Source of the DNA: Promethearchaeota archaeon
GTDB lineage: Archaea; Asgardarchaeota; Lokiarchaeia; Sigyniarchaeales; SOKP01
Direction: 5' to 3'
DNA length: 23,287 nucleotides
Assembly: GCA_048938005.1 (NCBI GenBank)
Contig: JBHLMQ010000048.1
Span: 1-23,287 of the forward strand
The notes beneath the pieces were generated by a model. The model had not been told where the DNA came from, ran no database searches, and saw only the letters and a program-made list of their open reading frames with translations. A program made the translations under genes and the position numbers. Below, piece after piece: positions 9,153-15,786 of this stretch. The first letter of the stretch is position 1; every line of letters starts with the position of its first letter.

Positions 9153-9569
9153 ATGTATAATAAACAGGAATACAAGTTTTTAGTGAGATTATTTGTTTTA
9201 ATGTTTTTGATATCATTAATACTATTTATAATTAATCTGATACTAATCCTATGGATAAATAAATCAATTTTTTTAAATGAAATGGTTTATTTAGGATTAT
9301 CCATAATTTTATTCGGATTTGAAATTATTAGAATAGGGATAATATTCATATCAGGAATCATCATATTGAGATTTGAGGCAATTAATAGAAATTATAAAAT
9401 CATTATAATAAGCATCTTGTTTATAGCATTCTTTTTCAATACACTTTTTTTAATCCGGTTATTTGGATTTGCTTGTTTTACTCCAATATATAGTTTTTTA
9501 TGCACACCATTTATTTTTATCTCATTTGTATTAATTATCATAAAAAAACATGATAATAATCGGATTTAA
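9153..9569 (+). CDS. Hypothetical 4-TM membrane protein
   Basis: 138-aa hydrophobic ORF with an upstream GGGTGA SD-like motif. Its stop abuts the stop of the convergent gene at 9570. Confidence 0.6.
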   Translation: MYNKQEYKFLVRLFVLMFLISLILFIINLILILWINKSIFLNEMVYLGLSIILFGFEIIRIGIIFISGIIILRFEAINRNYKIIIISILFIAFFFNTLFLIRLFGFACFTPIYSFLCTPFIFISFVLIIIKKHDNNRI

Positions 9570-10520
9570 TCAAAAAAAGAGAGCCAATTCTAAAATTATT
9601 AGCCAAATTAACCCCCAAATAACAAAAACAGAGAAATATATTAAAGATGCAATTTTATTTTTTGCTTTTTCATTCTTAATATTCGTAAGAATGAATAATA
9701 TTATAACACCAATGAACATCAGATGAGCAGGTTGAATTAGACGCCAAATTATTAAAAAGAAGGTTAGAATAGGGAGTCCTGATGTTGTATCTGCACTGCG
9801 AAACCAATTAGAGATCATCGATAATAAATATTCTGGAAAAATAAAATAAGGAATACAGATTAATCCAAAGGGTAAAAAATAATAAATTAAATCTTTCCCC
9901 TTAATCTTTTTAATGATGATTAAGATAAATGGAATAGCAATTAAAATTATTTTAAATGTGCAAAGAGTAAAAAAGATTCCAGATAAAAGCTTTTTGTCTT
10001 TTTCTAATTGAATATATGATTCAAATAAAAGTAATTGAATTATCCAATTGTTATTATTTAAATACATATCAGCGAGATATCCAATTCCAGAAAAAACAAA
10101 GAAAAAAAGGAGATCTTTTCTACTTTTAACTAACTTTTTGATCTTAATTGCTATGTATATTGTAGAAATGAATCTTAATAGATCCCAGAGATATACTGAA
10201 ATTTCCAATGGTATAATGTAAAAAGGATAAAAGATAAAATACCAGAAGTATAGATATATCGCTTTTTCATTTACCAGAGGATTATCTTCATAATACTGAA
10301 TAATTCCGTTATGCATTAAATCGTAATTGGTTTTAAAGTTTAGGTCTCGATTTCTCATTAACAAATCAATAATTAATAATCCTGATGAATCTTCTTGGAA
10401 GAAGTAAAAGATAATCCTAAGAATAATTAAAATAGTAGTTATCATGATGATTATAAGAATATAGATCAAAAGATATGACTCTCTCTCTTCTTTAACAAAA
10501 GTCAATTCATTTGATTTCAT
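9570..10520 (-). CDS. GT87/DUF2029-like GT-C glycosyltransferase (lipid-phosphate-sugar dependent)
   Basis: Multi-TM protein with RD-x-x-F after TM1, YLYFWYFIFYPF..IP.....LW, D...NN-N-WII and G.....FK, matching the GT87 motif layout. Confidence 0.6.
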   Translation of the reverse strand: MKSNELTFVKEERESYLLIYILIIIMITTILIILRIIFYFFQEDSSGLLIIDLLMRNRDLNFKTNYDLMHNGIIQYYEDNPLVNEKAIYLYFWYFIFYPFYIIPLEISVYLWDLLRFISTIYIAIKIKKLVKSRKDLLFFFVFSGIGYLADMYLNNNNWIIQLLLFESYIQLEKDKKLLSGIFFTLCTFKIILIAIPFILIIIKKIKGKDLIYYFLPFGLICIPYFIFPEYLLSMISNWFRSADTTSGLPILTFFLIIWRLIQPAHLMFIGVIILFILTNIKNEKAKNKIASLIYFSVFVIWGLIWLIILELALFF

Positions 10521-10565
10521 GATTAACTTTCAAATCATTTGTAATTAATATATAGCCTTTAAACT

Positions 10566-11000
10566 TTATTCAATAATCTGTTTATTTTTTCTAAAATAAT
10601 ACTTTTTAATTTCATACCTCAGGATACAATAAATTAAAATTGATGCTAAAAAGTAGATACAAATAGGAATTGTATAATAAATATCAATTAATACCAAAAT
10701 TACTAATCTCAATGCAACAATGAAATTAATAATGACTGACACAAAAACCAATAAAAACGTCAAACTTTTTGAGATAGATTCATCATTTTTCTTAGACGCA
10801 TGATATATATCAAGAGCATATTTAAAAATTAAAACAGCTAAACTCCAAAAGAAAAATGGTAAAATCACTTGACTATCTGCAAAACTAATGAACAAAATTA
10901 GAATCCAACATAACAAATAACTTATTGAGATTGAAAATAATGAATAATAAACTTCCTTTTTTCGCTGAATTATTCTTATTATTAACTTATTAGAACTCAT
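10566..11000 (-). CDS. Hypothetical 4-TM membrane protein
   Basis: 144-aa hydrophobic ORF, co-oriented and 30 bp downstream of the GGR gene. Confidence 0.6.
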   Translation of the reverse strand: MSSNKLIIRIIQRKKEVYYSLFSISISYLLCWILILFISFADSQVILPFFFWSLAVLIFKYALDIYHASKKNDESISKSLTFLLVFVSVIINFIVALRLVILVLIDIYYTIPICIYFLASILIYCILRYEIKKYYFRKNKQIIE

Positions 11001-11030
11001 TATTGGAATTATTTTACTTTAAATTATTAA

Positions 11031-12200
11031 TTAATCATTAATTTTTGCCAAAAAATCCTTTGAAGGAATTTCTCCGTATGTAAACATGTTAACTACCTGC
11101 TCTCTAAACAACAAATCTTTTTCAGATAAGCTAAGCATTTTATTAAGATTTCTACCTTTATTTTCATAGAAGAATTTAATCATTGACCGTTTCAATTTGA
11201 AATTCCTAATGATATTTTTGATCTCAGAGTTAGATCTATACTTTTTTAAAATATTTTTTGAATAATCTTCTTCTTGTAATGCTTCTATAGCGGTTGTCCC
11301 TGCAACTTTACCAGATGCCACAGATGTTTGAATTCCTTCACCACTTATAGGAGAAACAAATCCCCCTGCATCTCCTATCAACATTAAATTATCATCATAT
11401 AAACTTCTTTCCAATACTCCTTCTGCGGGAAAAGAATATAAACCTGTCCATATAGTTTTATAGTTTGAACCTGGAATATATTTTTTAACATTAGGATTAT
11501 CAAAAAACTCTTGATAAATTTTATGTAAGTTATATTTAATGTTATCTTTGCCAAATGAAAATACGCCAATATTGAATCTTTTTCTGCCTAAGGGAAATAT
11601 CCATCCATATCCCTGATATGGCTTAAAATATACGTATACAAATTCTTCATCTAAATTATTATTTCCTTCCATAATTGCACATTTGCCAATTGCTAGTTCA
11701 CTAATTTTCCATTTTGATCTTATCCCTGATCTTAGAGCTAATTTAGAACTCATACCATCAGCAACTATAATTATATTTCCGTAATACTCCTTGATACCAG
11801 TAGGAGATTTCGTTTTTATACCAATTTTTTTCTGATTTTTTGTTATAAAATCAATAGATAAATTTTTATCAAAAAGCTCTGCTCCAGCTAAAACAGCAGC
11901 ATCTCTCATTAAATTATCAAGCTCTAATCTATCCATAATTATTGAATATTCTTTACCTGCTCCTTTAAATTCTAATTTATGATAATCCGCTGAATGCATA
12001 ACAACGCCTAAAACTTTTGGTATATCTAATTTTTTCAACTGTGGATACAGATCCAACACACTGGAATGAACGGCTCCTCCACATGGTTTTCGCCAATTTG
12101 TATTTTTTTCAATTAAAGCAACTTTATATCCTGCTTTAGCTAAGACTTCAGCACATTGCGATCCTGAAGGTCCAGCACCTGAGATTAGAATATCATACAT
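11031..12200 (-). CDS. Geranylgeranyl reductase family flavoprotein (DGGGPL reductase-like)
   Basis: Motifs GAGPSG, KPCGG, DR..LD, VADG, YGWIFP and GDAGGFVSPISGEGI. ATG at 12200 preferred over TTG at 12206. Confidence 0.9.
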   Translation of the reverse strand: MYDILISGAGPSGSQCAEVLAKAGYKVALIEKNTNWRKPCGGAVHSSVLDLYPQLKKLDIPKVLGVVMHSADYHKLEFKGAGKEYSIIMDRLELDNLMRDAAVLAGAELFDKNLSIDFITKNQKKIGIKTKSPTGIKEYYGNIIIVADGMSSKLALRSGIRSKWKISELAIGKCAIMEGNNNLDEEFVYVYFKPYQGYGWIFPLGRKRFNIGVFSFGKDNIKYNLHKIYQEFFDNPNVKKYIPGSNYKTIWTGLYSFPAEGVLERSLYDDNLMLIGDAGGFVSPISGEGIQTSVASGKVAGTTAIEALQEEDYSKNILKKYRSNSEIKNIIRNFKLKRSMIKFFYENKGRNLNKMLSLSEKDLLFREQVVNMFTYGEIPSKDFLAKIND

Positions 12201-12376
12201 GAACAAAACCTTTAAATAAATAACTCATACTTTCTTCAAATTATGGTTAGATATTTAATAAATTTCTGGTTAAACACAAATTTTAGTATAAGACTTTTAT
12301 ATTATAGACTGAAAGTGCATTTTTTTTATAATTCTTATAGCTTTTATTAAAAAATAGAGTTTGTTGTAAATATACT

Positions 12377-12976
12377 ATGGATTATGTAAAAATAGATAAG
12401 AAAAAAATCTTCATTGATAGTGGTCATTTATATTTGGAAAGCTTTAATATAAACAAAATCAGCGAAATAAAAAGATTGAAACATTATGATAATTTAGGTG
12501 CTCTCTATTTGGAAAAAAATAAAATTACTGAAATTGAGGGTTTAGAACATCTTATTAACTTGAAGAAACTCCATTTAGAAGCTAATCTAATAACAGGTAT
12601 TAAAGGATTGGATTCTCTTACTAAGCTAGAAGAATTAGAATTAAGAGGAAACCAAATTTCAAATATTACAGGATTGGAAAAACTTACTAATCTAAGAAAA
12701 TTAGAATTGAGTAATAACAGGATAAAAAAGATTGAAGGGTTAGAAAATTTAGTTAATCTTGAGTATTTAGACTTAAGCCATAACCAAATAGTAGAAATTC
12801 GAGGATTAGATAATTTAAAAAAAATAAAGGTTCTTGATCTCAGTAATAATCCCATTTCAAAAATCCAAGGACTCGAGAATCTTGATAATTTGCATCAGAT
12901 AAGTCTAAATGGAACCAAAATCACCCAAAAACCAAATTTAGATTACCTTACCAAATTAGAAAATGTCTATTTATAG
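12377..12976 (+). CDS. Leucine-rich repeat protein (SDS22-like, 22-aa repeats)
   Basis: About 7-8 tandem LxxLxxLxxLxLxxNxIxxIxG units. Confidence 0.92.
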   Translation: MDYVKIDKKKIFIDSGHLYLESFNINKISEIKRLKHYDNLGALYLEKNKITEIEGLEHLINLKKLHLEANLITGIKGLDSLTKLEELELRGNQISNITGLEKLTNLRKLELSNNRIKKIEGLENLVNLEYLDLSHNQIVEIRGLDNLKKIKVLDLSNNPISKIQGLENLDNLHQISLNGTKITQKPNLDYLTKLENVYL

Positions 12977-13065
12977 TTTATTTACGCAATACTTTTATCG
13001 ATAATTAAAACTTTAAATTGGCAAAAATTGTGGTTTTTTTTAAAGTCTAATATAATAAATAGACA

Positions 13066-14088
13066 ATGGAAAAAGGCAAAAAAATAGTTATTGCATTTAA
13101 TTTTGAGTTAGGCAAAATTTTCAATGTTTTAGACGGTTTACCTGATAATTTTCAAAATTACACATGGGTATGTACAATCTGTAAAAAGTCACTTTTTTTT
13201 AATCAAAACTTAGGTTATTTCTTGCACAAGGGTAATAGGAGTTATTGCTTTGAGCCAGAAACAATAGAACATAAGGTTATGAAAGCATATTGGTATGTGA
13301 TGTTTCCAAAATTCAATCCAGTTTCTATGAAAAAGTTGGAATATAAGATAGGAGATCAAATAGCTGATATGTATTTTATATTGCGAGATGGAAAGAAGGT
13401 AGTTATTGAGTGTCAAAACTCACAAATAAGCAGAAGTAAATTAATAGAACGAACAAAAAACTATACAAAGAAAAATATTTATGTACTATGGATATTCAAT
13501 GGGCATGGAAAATGCGTATCTAACGAAAAAAATCCAAAGAATGAAGATGAGGTAGGAGTATTAGGGATGGAAAAGAAAGCACATTCTTTGTATGGTGGTC
13601 GGGTTTATTATATGAATGTATCAGGGAGGAAAATAATTGATCCACCATATGCCCTTCATTTTACCCCTTTCTTTAAATATAAAAACTCAGAATTTAATTA
13701 TTTAGGGTATAATAAATATTATAAGGATAAAAGGAGTATTACTCTTGGTAAAATTCCCAGCTATAAAATACTGTGTCTAGAAAACAAGGGCTATAAATTA
13801 GCACAATTAACAGATAAACATGTGAGCACCTTATGCGTAGAAAAAATAATCAGTAGTATTAAAGAGGTTTGTAAAAAAAACCTATTAAAAGGAAAAACTA
13901 TTGATGATTTGATTGAAATACCTTTAAATTCAATTATTTTAGAGGTCAAAAATCGATATGGTTTTTATCTACCACATTTGTTGTTAAAGAAATCAAAAAA
14001 AATTAAAAAAGTGAAAATTGAAAAACTTTTGGATGAAAAATATAACATACACTATATAATTACGTTTCGGATTTCTGATTATCTTTAA
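13066..14088 (+). CDS. CoiA-like PD-(D/E)xK-family nuclease
   Basis: Motifs CTIC...H...C..E...H, IAD, IECQNS.IS, RT..Y and VLWI, following the CoiA pattern. Confidence 0.7.
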   Translation: MEKGKKIVIAFNFELGKIFNVLDGLPDNFQNYTWVCTICKKSLFFNQNLGYFLHKGNRSYCFEPETIEHKVMKAYWYVMFPKFNPVSMKKLEYKIGDQIADMYFILRDGKKVVIECQNSQISRSKLIERTKNYTKKNIYVLWIFNGHGKCVSNEKNPKNEDEVGVLGMEKKAHSLYGGRVYYMNVSGRKIIDPPYALHFTPFFKYKNSEFNYLGYNKYYKDKRSITLGKIPSYKILCLENKGYKLAQLTDKHVSTLCVEKIISSIKEVCKKNLLKGKTIDDLIEIPLNSIILEVKNRYGFYLPHLLLKKSKKIKKVKIEKLLDEKYNIHYIITFRISDYL

Positions 14089-14190
14089 TTAAATCTCTAA
14101 TTTTGAATTAGAAATATTAATAAACAAATATAACTCTAAATAACATTATTGATTTTTTATCTTATTTGATTAATTTTATTGTACGGAATA

Positions 14191-14697
14191 ATGGATATCA
14201 ATGGAAAAAAAAAGCAGTTAATTTTAAATAAATTAAAGTGTGTAGCTTGTGGCTCTGCAAATGTTTATTTAGAACCATATAAATATAAGCAAGTTGAGAA
14301 GATAAAAACTCTAAAAAAGTTTAGAAAAAACTCACCTCTTAAATTTAAATTGGATTTACCCATATGTCAAGGCTGTAGAAAAAATTTCTATAGATGGAAA
14401 ATATATAACAACACTTCTATGTTAATTTTTGTATTTGGGCTAATAAGTGTGCTTACAGGAATTTTTTTTCTCATTTCCCATCGAATTTTGGGTGATATAG
14501 GTGTTCCATTAATCGTTTTTGGCTTCTTTTTCGTCGCTACTGGATTAATTGTAAGATATGTAATTGGTAAAATCGATTCTAATCCTAGTAATTATTTCTT
14601 CTACGATTTCATTAATAATGATTTTTATGTGAAACAAAAGGGAGAAACGGATTGGATCCTTTATAAACTATGGCTTAAATCTGTTCTAGGAAAATAA
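14191..14697 (+). CDS. Zn-finger (CxxC...CxxC) protein with 2 TM helices
   Basis: CVACG and CQGC followed by two hydrophobic helices. ATG at 14191 preferred over TTG at 14179. Confidence 0.7.
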   Translation: MDINGKKKQLILNKLKCVACGSANVYLEPYKYKQVEKIKTLKKFRKNSPLKFKLDLPICQGCRKNFYRWKIYNNTSMLIFVFGLISVLTGIFFLISHRILGDIGVPLIVFGFFFVATGLIVRYVIGKIDSNPSNYFFYDFINNDFYVKQKGETDWILYKLWLKSVLGK

Positions 14698-14826
14698 ATA
14701 CAGGGAATTCTATAATTAACGCCCCCATTATGTTTAAAGATCAACAGATCTCAATGTTTATCACAGAATTAGCTTAATAAGTAAAAATTTAGTGCTCTTT
14801 AAAAAATAAAACATCAAATTACCATT

Positions 14827-15645
14827 ATGACAGCAATAAACAAGAGAAGGCTATATAAATTTAGCTTGCTTTTAAGTGTCATTTTAGGTACTCTTAGCGT
14901 GTTTTTTCTTTTTTTCGTAAACTATTCATTGATAATAAAAGCATTTACCGATTATGAGGGAGCATTGCAAGTCGTTCTCATCATTTCACTTAGAATCCTC
15001 CTCTTATCTATAATAACATTTTATCTCTTTAATAAATGGTTTAAACAGGAAGCACAATACTTAACGGATATTCCATTTTTACTAGGGATTTTTTTCTTTC
15101 TCTTAGCTTTTGGAAAAGCAATTGACATTTTTTGGGATCTTACATTTTTTACATTTGATGATACATTTGTCCTTCTGCTCGTAAAGCTTCGGTATTTTAT
15201 TATCGTGTTTGAAGTTGCTCCTCTAATATACCTTGGATTTGAAATAGTATTTTTTAGGTTAGAAGATAGATTTACACGGTTAAAAGATAAACGATATATG
15301 AATAGGCTTAGGACCAGATTGATTGCTATCATTGTGGGTGTTGAATCTGTTGCAATTATTATTGTTCCTAACATAACAATTTTGGGCATGGTTTTACCCA
15401 TTATACTGATTCCCTCGTTGCTTGGCATAGTATATATTTTTTACTTAGCTTATAGATATAATCGTCTCAAAATGGTAAAACCTAAGATCCTTACAATCGG
15501 CTTTCTTCTATACATGATTTCCAACATCCTTAGACCGGTTATGCAAAATATTTTAGGTGAGACTGCGAATTACGTTATTATAGTTGAATTAGTTGATTTA
15601 TGTATCTTTCTGGCAATATTTCTAGGCCTATATAAAAAAGTTTAA
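14827..15645 (+). CDS. Hypothetical polytopic membrane protein (~8 TM)
   Basis: 272-aa ORF with about eight hydrophobic segments and intramembrane charged residues. Confidence 0.75.
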   Translation: MTAINKRRLYKFSLLLSVILGTLSVFFLFFVNYSLIIKAFTDYEGALQVVLIISLRILLLSIITFYLFNKWFKQEAQYLTDIPFLLGIFFFLLAFGKAIDIFWDLTFFTFDDTFVLLLVKLRYFIIVFEVAPLIYLGFEIVFFRLEDRFTRLKDKRYMNRLRTRLIAIIVGVESVAIIIVPNITILGMVLPIILIPSLLGIVYIFYLAYRYNRLKMVKPKILTIGFLLYMISNILRPVMQNILGETANYVIIVELVDLCIFLAIFLGLYKKV

Positions 15646-15676
15646 AGAATAAGTTAAGTTAAATTTGTCTAATTGG

Positions 15677-15696
15677 GATCTGACTAACTTCAGATC
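15677..15696. terminator. Hairpin between convergent genes
   Basis: GATCTGA-CTAACT-TCAGATC forms a perfect 7-bp stem with a 6-nt loop in the convergent intergenic region. A-tracts (minus-strand T-tracts) lie near 15749-15770. Confidence 0.35.
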
Positions 15697-15786
15697 AAGA
15701 TGCAAATATGCAAAAAATTCAATTCTTATCCAATAATTGATAGATTACAAAAAAAGAAAAAATTAAAAGAAATTTATTAGTTTTTA

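Noticed and set aside
12470-12976. 66-bp periodicity as a CRISPR or DNA repeat array
   Set aside because: The repeats are degenerate at DNA level and fully explained by 22-aa LRR coding.
13066-14088. CoiA-like nuclease as a mobile element/transposase
   Set aside because: No terminal inverted repeats, target duplications, DDE or integrase motifs were seen.
14827-15645. Microbial rhodopsin or GPCR call
   Set aside because: About eight helices, no retinal-binding DxxxK-type motif in the last helix, and no GPCR motifs recognised.
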